NCBI GenBank assembly: GCA_000708835.1
Contig: DF236996.1
Coordinates: 92,397-156,396, forward strand
From: Klebsormidium nitens
Lineage: Eukaryota; Plantae; Klebsormidiophyceae
DNA length: 64,000 nucleotides
Direction of reading: 5' to 3'
Shown here: positions 10,880 through 22,000 of the stretch, piece after piece
Layout of the letters: the number at the start of each line of letters is the position of its first letter
How positions within the stretch are numbered: the stretch's first letter is position 1
Made by a program: the position numbers and the translations under genes
Notes under the pieces: generated by a model
The model's database searches: none
Seen by the model: the letters and a program-made list of their open reading frames with translations, nothing else
Told to the model about the DNA's origin: nothing

Positions 10880-12894
10880 GGAGAAGGGGGGCCCTACATT
10901 ATTTGGGGCCTTTTTAGCTGGGTGCTAATTCTTTAACCCAACTAGGAATGTCTGAGACCTGTGGCCCTAAAAACGAGATGCTATGTTCTTGAGGTGACGG
11001 AAAGCGCAGCGCCAGGGTGGTTGCTTACACTAGCTGAAGAAGGTTTGGGAGAAAAGTAGACCTATCGAAGGAAAGCATGTCTGCGAGGAGGCTTCAATGT
11101 TACTGGTATGGGACAGTGGAGTTCAATGGAGGCTTGTAGCTACATTCTAGTTAGGGACAGCAAATATCAAAGTTAATGCGAGGCTTTGATGTTTTTGATT
11201 AGCAGATAGACGCTTCTTATTAAGGAGAGCAATGGCATCGGATCTTACAAAGGGCACCTGAAGTGAAGCACTTGCCAGAAGCGCAGGTGCTCTTTGAGAG
11301 CAGTGCCGCAGCTCGTTATTTGATTGTTATATAAGTACTGTAGGCTTAAGGCAGGGTCAGTACAGGAGTGTAGTAGACAATTCTCTGGTGCAAATTAGCA
11401 CATAGATCAGGGATAGAATGATAATCCAGAAATAATGATACTATGTTGGGCAGAACAGGATAAACCTCACCAAAGGTAAGCCGGCGAAGTTATCACCTTG
11501 TTCTCTTCGCTCGTTTCTGGATTGGCAGCCAGAAACGATGCCTCTTTCGTACGCATTTTAGCTCACTCTAGCTGCCAGACAGCCTTACAAACAGTGCGGA
11601 AAGACCGACAGTTCGAGATAACTTGCAGCAGCCACTCTAATTTCTCTATCCTTTCACAGCCCTCACTCAATAGGAGCACCATTGCTGCAATTCGAGTCCG
11701 GAATTCCAAAAGACAATGATCATCTGGCCAATCACCATGTGGAATCCCCTTGTCTCAGAGCAGATGGCGTAAGTCTTGACGCCTTACGGAGAACTTAGCA
11801 GATTGTATCAGTAGATGAATCAGCGTGTGCTCCACGTAATTCAGGAAGCAGAAAATGAGGCAACCGTTGCCCAACAATCATGCAGTCGAACTGATATATT
11901 TGTGTGCCATGTATTCGCATGATCAAACTTCAGACAGGCGACGACTTGGGTCTGATCGACCATTTTCGCGAAGTAATCCTTCCTTTCAATTGTGCATGCA
12001 AATACCAGGTCGTTGCCATGATGACATGCATGCACTGTCGGATATGGTCACGTCGATCAGAGCTAGTGATATTGTTATATCGTTACGGGCTCAGCAGGCC
12101 ACAAGTTCCATTATATATGAAGCCCAAATTTTCTGGCAGATTATCCAGTCACAACGGAAAGTCAACCATTGTTTACATGGAAAGGAATCCGATCAAGGTG
12201 CTTTAGCAAACTCTTCGTACGTATACGTATGCAGAAGCTGAGACTAGGTATATGATGGCTCTGGCCAGGCTCCGACATGCTCAATACTTGACACCTACTT
12301 TAGTGATTGTCCTTTTCGAAGCGTGACTCAAATCTACCCGTACCATTTGTCCGGTTGGGCAACAATATTATTCTTTGACTTGCCCAAAATCCTGAATATT
12401 AGCATGCACATGCATGTGAGCCTAGCCGTGCGGGCCATTGTCACACGTACTTCAACGTGCAGGCGCCATGCGGCGGCCCATATGGATTTGACAATTTGAA
12501 TCCACTACTCATTCAGTTTTCAAACAAGAAAGAGCACCACATGCCCTCATATAATCAACCTTCAAGGCCCGTGACAGCATGCACCGTGACGGCACCCGCA
12601 CTCAGCAATCCGTTGCAACTACTTTCACAATAACTTAGCTAGATGAATGGTGGCCGTTTTTCTTCTTGAAACTCAAAAGGTAAAAGGTGCGCTTCGTCGA
12701 GCTCGAGCGCAACGTTGCTTTTGACCTCAAAATGGATAACTTAACTGAAAGCAAGCTCATCTGACGACCGCAATAACTCCCCTTATGCCCACGGCCCACT
12801 TGCCGAACCGGCCAATGCGGACGCCCTTCCATCGCAACCCAATCTCAAACATTTATGTTACTGCTATTTTGCAGGTTTCGCACCCAGATCCAGA

Positions 12895-15629
12895 TTAAGG
12901 GCTCGGCCCCGCTGCCGCAAGGGCTGGGGCAGGCGCGCCCGCGTCCGCGGACACGGGGAAGAATTGGACGGGAGCGTCTGCGGGGGCGTCCGCAGGAGTC
13001 TCCTCGTCGGAGGGAGTGCCCGGGTCTTGTTGGATGACGTTCTGCAGATAGTCGTACGTGCAGCACTGGTTGTCGCAGCACTTTTGACCGGTGCCGCAGC
13101 AGAACTGGCTGCCCTTGACGAAGTTCTGGCAGATGATCGGCTTGTTGAACGGGCACGCTGCAGGGGGGGCAATAGACGCGATTGGCAGGCATGATCTCAG
13201 TTGTAAGAGGATTCAGGTACGTGTACGATGTGAGTGTCAGAAAGGTGGCAAATGATGGCTTGTCATACCAGCGCGCTGCAAGAAGTGGTGGTTTGTGGTC
13301 AAGAGCTCATGTAGTGTAGCAGAACGATGGGCGCAAGAAGGGTTACCAAGAGGGTTGGAAGCTGATTTTCACGGAAACGAGAGGGTATCCAAGCAAAATT
13401 TGGAGATGGTGTGCCGCAGCTTGCGGTACTGGATAAGGGATCGGCTTCCTGCTGAAGAACGGTATGAAAGTCTGGGTTGTCCAATGGCTGCATCTTCCGT
13501 GATTGCTTGTACGCTCATGAGCTAAACGGCATGAGGCGGACAATCGACAAGGTGATGTGCAGGCCCCTTTTAACGGGCCAAGGGCCGAGACGGAGAAACC
13601 TTTGAACATCTGGGACTGCGCGAACTGGGCGATCTCAGCAGGAATTGTCAGGGCCTATGGGAGACGGCTTTTCGGAGTATGAGCACCCCGGCACAGAGAG
13701 ATTTGCTTTCCCACTGCTCATAACAATCAACTGTGAGCAGCCTGCAATCAATTGGGGAAAACAGTAAGTTTGTCTGACGGCCCTTGCCAGAGCGGAGGTC
13801 CTGGGGGCGGAAACGAGTATAGACGTGGAGACGCGTCAGCGAGACTTCGTCAGCACTTACGTGAGCGGGCTTTCCGGGTGGTGCAGCACTGATTGTTGCA
13901 GCAGGTCTCGCCCGTGGCACAGCAGTAGGCGCCACGGCCGGTTGTCAGGAAGCACTGCTTGGGGTTGCTGGCAGGGCATGGCTCCTGCAATCAAGGGCGT
14001 TCCTAAATCAGACTATCTAAACTTGAAGCCAACCGTGAGTACGAGACTCTTTTCTCTTGAATCTGTTGTCTCTTGACCCGTCGCTCCCAAATGTGGGGGC
14101 CATTGCCTTCATATCAAGGAGCTTTACAGGGCGCCTGGATGGGAAAGACTTATATTGACTTCAGTTTCGACTTTCTTCCTGTCATGATGGCTCGACAAGT
14201 CATGGTGGGCAGAAAGCCACGTAGCGTGTCTGCTGAAATTTCTCCGGATGATCATCGATGCTATGACGCCCTCCCTTTTCTGCTCAATGCGGAGGCGGAG
14301 CAAGACACCGGTGTAGGCGAAATGAAATACCGTCTCCTTCATGCTTGGGTTCCCTGGACCTTGTGTAAGGACCACAACAGAAGTGTATGCATCGATCTCA
14401 GAAACTTCGAGGGGAACGTCTTCTATTTGTCTTCTGCTGCTTCCTCAGCAGAGATGAACACTAACGGCGGTCACGAGAGATGGTGAAAATGTGGTGATAC
14501 ATCCGAAGCAGACATGAGAGGACGCAGCGCTCATTTGAGTAGAAGCAGGAAGGAAACGGAGTCGCACTTGGGGCGCGGGGGGGATGCAGACGTTGCCACC
14601 GCATGCCTCTCCTTGCTTGCAGCAGAACACTTCTTGGGCATCAAGCGTGTAGCACAGCTTGGGGCTGGCGTCGGGACAACCAGGGAAGCCAGCGGGGACG
14701 GGCTTCGTTATTGGGACAACGGGGCAGCACTTATTGGGGCCTCCATCATCGCAGCACTGCAAAAGGGAGACATTAACTTGCTAAAGAAGCGCGGGTATGC
14801 TCAGATCTTCAAACAAGGAAGGAAGGGACAGCACGTGTGGGGCCCCGCTTTCAGAGCAGAAGTGCAGAGAATGCAGGGAAACAACGTATAAGAACTGTTG
14901 GTTAAAGGCGCAACAGAGTCTCAGCTGTGACCCGCCAAATACTCAAATGTGCTCCTGTTGTTGAAGCGGAAAATATCAGCGAAGGTACGCGAGAGGGGAA
15001 AAAAAACTGCTCTCAGCAAGCCACAGAAGGTGCCCTAAGTTAGCAAGCTGAAACCAACGAGGCCTTTAAAAGGCCCCGGGAACATCCATAAGGCCTCAGA
15101 TTGACGTCCTTCAGATTGTTCGGATCCGGATGCAAGCCCAATGCAGATGCAAGCAAACGTTCACCCCTCGTTCCACTATACCATTCTGTTAAGCTGTACG
15201 TCCATAACACCCGCTCCTCATGATTGACTCGAGCTGAACCGAATTCGCAGACCCACAGACCTGCAATTCTGTGGCCCAACAAACTTTCCATGTCCTTGAC
15301 CAACTGCTCACCGTGAACCCTGCGCTGCAGCAGTACCCCCCCTCAGGCCCAATGCAGATATTGCCGGTAATGCTCCCGGCAATGCACGGCTGGGGGGCAC
15401 TGGTGGGCATACTGGTCACTAGGTCGGACCCCACTGCTAGGCTGCGGCCCTCCTTTGCAATTGATGAATAATTGTTTCGCCGAATGAACGCCACACCGGG
15501 CCGTTGGATGGGCTCCCAATACTCAGTGGGGGGAGCTGAGGTCCGGAGAGTTTGGGCCACCGCATGGGGGAGAGTTGTGAGGAGGACCACCAGAGAGAGA
15601 ACGGCAAGGGTTTGAAGCTGGCGGGCCAT
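12895..15629 (-). CDS. Secreted Cys-rich repeat protein with Pro/Ala-rich tail (~297 aa, 4 exons)
   Basis: Exons 15312-15629, 14568-14756, 13861-13984 and 12895-13157 are all GT-AG and phase-compatible (894 nt). Signal peptide MARQLQTLAVLSLVVLLTTLPHAVAQ; four Cys modules (e.g. CPASNPKQCFLTTGRGAYCCATGETCCNNQCC); ends AGAPAPALAAAGPSP*. An AG acceptor just before the ATG implies a 5' UTR intron. Confidence 0.85.
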
Positions 15630-17467
15630 CCTGCAAAGGTGGTCAGAGTGGATTGGGGCTTTGTAAGGAAAGGACAAGGTCTGACCTCAGAGACTGGTTA
15701 GGAGTTAAGTAGTTAGAAGTGTCATGCCAACCGGCAAAGACGGGGTGAGAAATGTTGACTCTGGGAGCCCCGAAGGAGGACCTGACGTTTGAGTTCAAGG
15801 TCTAAAACAAGGCTTACTCCTTGAAATGTGTTGAGGTGAACATGCGAACGGAAGAAGGCTTACTGCAGGCAGGTGAGTCGTTTGGAGGCTTTGGCGTGTC
15901 AACATTCAAGAGACACGGGAGCCATGTTTCATTCGTTCAAACGGAGTGCGCTATCATGTATTTATCTTGATAACAAGAAACCCATAGGGCGTTACTTTAT
16001 TGCTCAGATAATCAACCACAACAATGCTGCTAGTGCCAAGGCAGACTTAAATGGTGAACCCTCAAACAGCTGATCTAGATTGTCGTCTGAATCGCTACTT
16101 TGACAACACAATCAGCGACCCATGACTAAGAGCATTTGCTGCCTGATGAAATTTCCAACCAATCCTACATCTAATATCTTCTAAAAGCACAAGAAGCATT
16201 ATGCGAAAACTGCCGAGGTTAGGTTTTTGTAGACATCGTTCACGAAACATAAGCAGATTCTTTAAAGTTGTTCACTGTTGAGCTTGCAAGGTCAGATCTG
16301 CCTCAAGTGTCAGACTGCATACCAAATGCAAAACAGCAAGCTAGCTGGCCGGCTAGGATGTCCTAGGCTTGGTCAAAGTAACCCAGGGACGCCATTCTTT
16401 TGTAAAGTGTCGTCTGCACTTGTCTAAATACAAACAAGGGTACTCAGTCACAAACATCGGTACAGATCTAGTTTGGGCTCAGGACTCTTCGTAGGGGCTT
16501 GGTAGAATAGTTTGATAGGGACTTGGGATGTTAAGCAGCAGCATTGTAGTCAGCTTTCCAGATGAGGGAGGTAAGGGACGCCAGCTACATGTCAGTTGCT
16601 CTGTCGACCATTTGGGATCCACTGGGAAAAATCAAGTGACATTCCCTTAGCGCCGCCGGAAAATGTACATCAGAGCAGTTTCAAAACTCAATCATACTTT
16701 GGCTGGAGTGGTGTTGGCGTCCTGATTTTTCTTTACTCAGGCTTTGAGACCCTTCATTGTTACCTGCTTCAAGAGCTTAATAGAAAGGTTCATCAGGCAC
16801 TGTGAGCTCACCTGCAGACACAATGTCGAAACAGGGACCTCCTATGCGATATGTCGTACTTGCTGTAACCAACTCAATGCTGATTTTTTGCTCCCTCTTC
16901 CTCACAGACGACCTCCTCTCGCACCGCCACCGCTTAAACAAACGCAAGCATGCCGTTGATCCCAATACTAAACTTTGGATGACTTAAGCAACAAAGATAC
17001 AGCATGAACCAATGCTGACCAAACTTGTCAGAAACCCTTTCTTCTCTGACCAGCAGGCTTTCCGTGTGCTCTGACGGCCAGCACCCTTGAAAAGCTACCT
17101 CTGCAGAAGAAGCTTGTCAAACTCTGCTTGGCACCCCTCGTCTCGCAGCGCCCTCTTCGATGACACGTTCAGCCTTCGAGTTTGAACAGGACTTTGATCA
17201 CGTTGCCATTGCCATTTTGCCATTGGCCATTGGCCCCATTGCCCATTGGACTCGGAACTTTGACAGTCCTCAGACGGTACCGACTCGTCGGACGTACCGT
17301 CAGTACACTTCAAAGTAGGTAGGTACCTAGTAGGTATGCACCGGCCAGTACCTTTTGCACGTGTACTGTGAGTGCCGTACGCTGCTTCGTACGGGGTGAT
17401 CCCTTGCGTGCCACATGGCGGCAGCTAGGATACTATGCAGCCATCCATGGTTCTCGGTCACGCTTGA

Positions 17468-17664
17468 CAGGGGTCGGCAAAAGCGGGCCCAAACCACTGA
17501 GCGTGGGGGTGGAATTCAAAAGCCGACCGAAACGAGAAGTACCCGGCTGAAAGCCGGCCCATACTTGGAGGGGCGGGGGGGAATGGCCGACACCACCTTT
17601 AGAAGCCGACTGGAAGCCAAAGTACCCGGCTTGAAGCCGACCCCGTCGATTATGCCGACCCCTG
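17468..17664. mobile_element. MITE-like element with hAT-type terminal inverted repeats
   Basis: Perfect 12-bp TIR CAGGGGTCGGCA (17468-17479) / TGCCGACCCCTG (17653-17664); internal repeats aagtacccggc and GCCGAC. No 8-bp TSD is visible (acgcttga vs ggcggatt). Confidence 0.55.
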
Positions 17665-17893
17665 GGCGGATTATAGATTATGATTTAAATTTACATGGTT
17701 TATATTTGAACAATGGGCACCGCGGCGCACACACACTACACGACAAGCGCACCAACTTGTACCGACCGTCTCGATTGCCGAACGACGATTGATTGCCGGT
17801 ACAGATTGCGGCCAGATCACCGTCGTGGTGGACAAGAAACGCGGTGTGCGTGACGTTTAACCGGTACCTTTCACGTGCCCTTAATTAACGGAG

Positions 17894-18156
17894 TACCGTA
17901 GAGACATTGCCATTCGCACCAACATTGGTGCGAATACTTGTTTTCTAAAGTTCTGGCATTTCGCACCAGCTTATGGGATAGTTATTATTTTTTCGCACTG
18001 AGCCCATTTTACAGTGTTTTAGGCCTGTTTTGCACCTTTCGATGCTGGTTTTCGATTTCTTTTCAATTCGCGTTTTCGCACCAAGCCAAGATCTTAATTT
18101 TGATTTTTTTGCAATGGCCTAGAATGGATTATTTTAGTGCGAATGTCTCTACGGTA
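17894..18156. mobile_element. Tc1/mariner-type MITE (~259 bp) with TA target duplication
   Basis: TA|CCGTAGAGACATT...AATGTCTCTACGG|TA (element 17896-18154). AT-rich interior with repeated ttcgcacca motifs and a hairpin attcgcaccaacattggtgcgaat at 17912-17935. Confidence 0.8.
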
Positions 18157-19074
18157 GACCTACCCACGGCCCACGGTAACAAAATCGGGACCCGAACATT
18201 ACATACCTACTACCGGTATGCGGGACTCGCCGTCAAGTTGTACCGGCACAAGGGGGCTTCAAGAATCAAGACTCATGAGAACTCGCGAGGGGAACGAACT
18301 CGATGATTGAGAACGTGCGACAGAAAATCTGGATACCACCACGTGTGAAGAGCTGAACAGTACCGCGAGGACTCCGGTAGATCCTATTGATAACACCGTA
18401 ACGATAAACACGCTTGATAATTGCTCATAGCGGACCATTGGTGCCAACCAAATTTGGACCGAGGACTGGACGGTACAAAAGTTACCCCACGTACCGTACA
18501 GGGCATTTCAGTTGGTACCGCTCCTGGATTTGACTTTCGCACTGCGCAGCCTACGACTCTGGCCCTGGCCGGGTTGCCAAGTCCAACGTGCTGAACCGCT
18601 GATGTCACATTGTGATCCCAATGTCAACAATCTGAAGAAGGCGGCAGCTGGCTTTGCAATGCGGTGGTAGCAAGCCTAGCTAGGAGAGGGGGAGTCCGAA
18701 AGACCCTCACGCCTTGTAATAGGTACTACAGTATCAGGGCAAGGAGGGGTGACTTCACTTTCAGGGAGCATCTCAACATCGCTGTGGAGAAAAAGATTAT
18801 GTCTCCATAGTCAGCACCAGCTAAGATAGAAAAGAAAGGAGCTGGTTGGAGCAGCTGTTGTGCTGAAGACTCAAGGAAGGAGACTCTCGTTTGCATCTGT
18901 GTTGTGGATGTTGATGTTGTTGATGGTGTAAAGGTGGCTTTGAGTGACACAAGGAGACGCTTTGGCTGCCACTTCCTGTTTGTATCCACACAGCCACAGA
19001 CCGAGTTCAAGCTGGTAGCCTGTCTCAGAACCACTGAGCTGAAGGGGGACTGCAGCAGCCCGACTGCTGCTACC

Positions 19075-22000
19075 ATGGGCGGCGGTCACTGGCCCGGGGT
19101 CAAAGTATGGACAATGTGGATATTCCTGGCAGGTCTTGCTGCAGGTAAACTATCATTTCTTGTTCCATGAGGCCACAGCATTCCGCCACATTAGATCTTG
19201 CATTGGAAATGTTGTCAAGAGAACCAGAAGACTTGGAATAGGTCATCCATCTGGAAGGTTTGACCCGCTGGAGCAACCATATTATTGTATCTGGATTACA
19301 TACAAGTTGACAGTGTTAACAGTTGGAAATTTTTTGGTCAGATTTCCACAAATGCTGATATGAATTGCACAAGGTGAAGACTTGGAAAGTTTTGAAACAT
19401 GTCCATATCTCAAAATGAGCTTTTGTTTGATCAGCAGCCCTGACCATCAAGGTCATCAAAGACTTGGCCACTATTTGTTCAGGTCTCTTCTGAACCTGAG
19501 ATCCACTCAAACGTCCAGATGCTTTAGATGGCGCCAGAAACGAAGATCTCTGGCCTGTATGTTCCCTGCGCCTTTTGCCTCCTTTCAACTATGCTCTAAA
19601 GGGCTCACTCTAAGTTCCTTTGGCAGCAAACCTGTAAGGTTTGTTCATGGATCTGCAATCAGAAGGCTAGCCTCCAAGGTGGATCTTTAGCTCATCGGGC
19701 TCCTTTATGTCCCTTCTTCACCAGATTAAAATGCAAGGCACATCCCGGACTTCTTCAATAAGTACCAACCCCTGTATTATGGAGTCCATCTTTTTCCTCA
19801 GAACCTGTTGAGTGTTGCAACCACAGTCAATAGTCTACACACATCCTGAAACCTGCAATGCTGTACCATACGATCTTGCTTTGGTTCAGCACTACACTCA
19901 GTCACAGCACAGGACTTTACTGGACCCGCGGTTTTCAGCTCAGCAGCTAGTGGGAGAACGCCGCTTTTTGACTTGATAATCCACAGCACCAATAACTGCA
20001 CACAATTTCACCTTCACACCACCTTTTCAGGGTGCAATACTGCCTTCATGGGCCGATATTTGAATGTACTTGGATCACACGTTCCATCAAGCAGGCAATT
20101 TCAGGCCGTCTTGGAGCTGCCACAAATTCCACCTTTGGGCAGACTTTGAAGATTCTCTTGACAATGATGACAACTTCTGTCACGCTTGCAACCAAAGGTT
20201 TTTGCTTGGTTGACACTGCCTGCTTGTCTGTAAGACCAATAGCAAGGGGCTTCCGGCCCCTAGCTGAAGGGGTTGGTTGATGACTTGGTTCCTGTTTAAG
20301 GACCTGTCAAATGCTTTTGCTGTAGTCACTCTTGAACTTCACCCAGCACTGTCTGTCAGTGCAACGCTGTTGTCTGATACACTCATTGCTTGACCCTGGC
20401 TGATAGGTCGAACTCAAGCTCTGAATCGGGAGGCTACTCAGCTTACGCAAAGATCTCTCACTATGGATTCCGGCACAACTCTGTAAGAGAAGTCAGGAGT
20501 ACCACTGCAGCGTTCCCTTTGCTGTGCTTGTAAACTCTGCAAAAAACACCAATTGTATCGAAAGTGACTATTTGCCTCATTGTCAGGGTGTCACTTAAAT
20601 GCTCTTGCTGCACTTGTCCAACTGCCACTTGCATATGCAAGACAGTTACAATAGTTGACAAACTCATATCACCTCTGAACTCGACTGCCCCTTAGTGCAG
20701 GTGTCACGCAAGCAGCCCCTGTGACTGACTGCAACAACCTGGCGGCTGAAATATCGGCAGCAGGGGCGGGAGGAACCGTCGAGATCCAGGGTATCCTCCC
20801 CTGCAGTTCCCCCATAACGATTGGCAGCAGTGTGACGTTGGCCGGAGTCTCTAGCAATGCAGCCAACGACGGATTCGACGGCCAGGCCATGACACAACTC
20901 TTCGTCGTTCAGGGGTCTGGAACGCAGGTTAACTTCAATTTCCTGACACTTACAAACGCGAAGGTGAGGCGCACACTTCTGTATCCACCTTTTTCAAACC
21001 ATTTCAATGGAGGGGCAAGAAGGTGGTGGACGAAGGAGGCTGCTTTTATATTTGCATGTTTGGAAGAGAATGTTACAATGTAGTTCTACTGAATACTACT
21101 TGAGTACCCCAATTTCCCTCTGCCTTGGATGATAAAGCTGGTGTCTTCTTGAAGTGTTAAGGACATTGCTGCCATCTGATGGTCCTTGAAAGCATGGCTT
21201 TCTTTTGACCATGACAAGCGCAACACTGTCATCATCGCACAGTCAGTACTGCTTACAAATGGAGCACATGCACCCATTCCCAGAGAACACCGTTTCCACT
21301 GACAGGGCAGAGCTTCATGAAAGTGCTTGCAGGCGGAGACCTCAGACCTGATTCGCAGGAGGGGAGGGGGTCTCGCACCTGCACAAGCTCTTAGTGTATG
21401 CAACTTACTCACATCACCTTCTTGCCTCGTACAGACCAATGCGCAGGGTGGTGCGGTTTTGGTCAACTCGGCGGCCTCGGCTTCCTTCTCCAACTTTGTC
21501 ATCAGCAACTGCGTTGTGGTAAGTCATCTTGCCGAAATCTTTCTGTGACCTTGCCCAAGAGGGAAGTTGCGTCTTGCTTTGACGTCCACATCGCTCTTCC
21601 TTCGCTTGAAGTGATATTTCAGATTTGCAGCCGTTCCATTCAATACCATAGGTAGGCACAAGGCGCCATGCTGTGTCCACACCATCTAGCATATCCTCAT
21701 TTCTACCCTAGAAAAGAACGACGCTTGAGCGCTTCTTCGGGTTCAAAGTTTCATTTGTCGCCAGTTTTCTTTCATAGCTTCTGTGAAACGGTTTGAAATG
21801 CAGAGCATCCGGAACTCCTTACTCAGCCTTGGAGGATTATGCACTCCTCACTGTGGACAGCCTTGGTCGTGGGCCAATGACCAGGCTGCTGACATGGACA
21901 TCTTTCAGCCAAACAATCTTTGCATCCGTCTGTATTTTGTTACAGAACACTGGTTTTGCTGGAGCGGCCGTGTTCATTGGAGGTTCAGCCTCGTTTTCCG

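Larger units (their letters stand above)
17198..18726. promoter_or_regulatory. Putative bidirectional promoter region between two divergent secreted-protein genes; GTAC-rich
   Basis: Lies between ATG 15629(-) and ATG 19075(+). I counted 21 GTAC between 17277 and 18726. A (GCCATT)n tract giving CCAAT boxes on the minus strand lies at 17198-17249. Confidence 0.5.
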
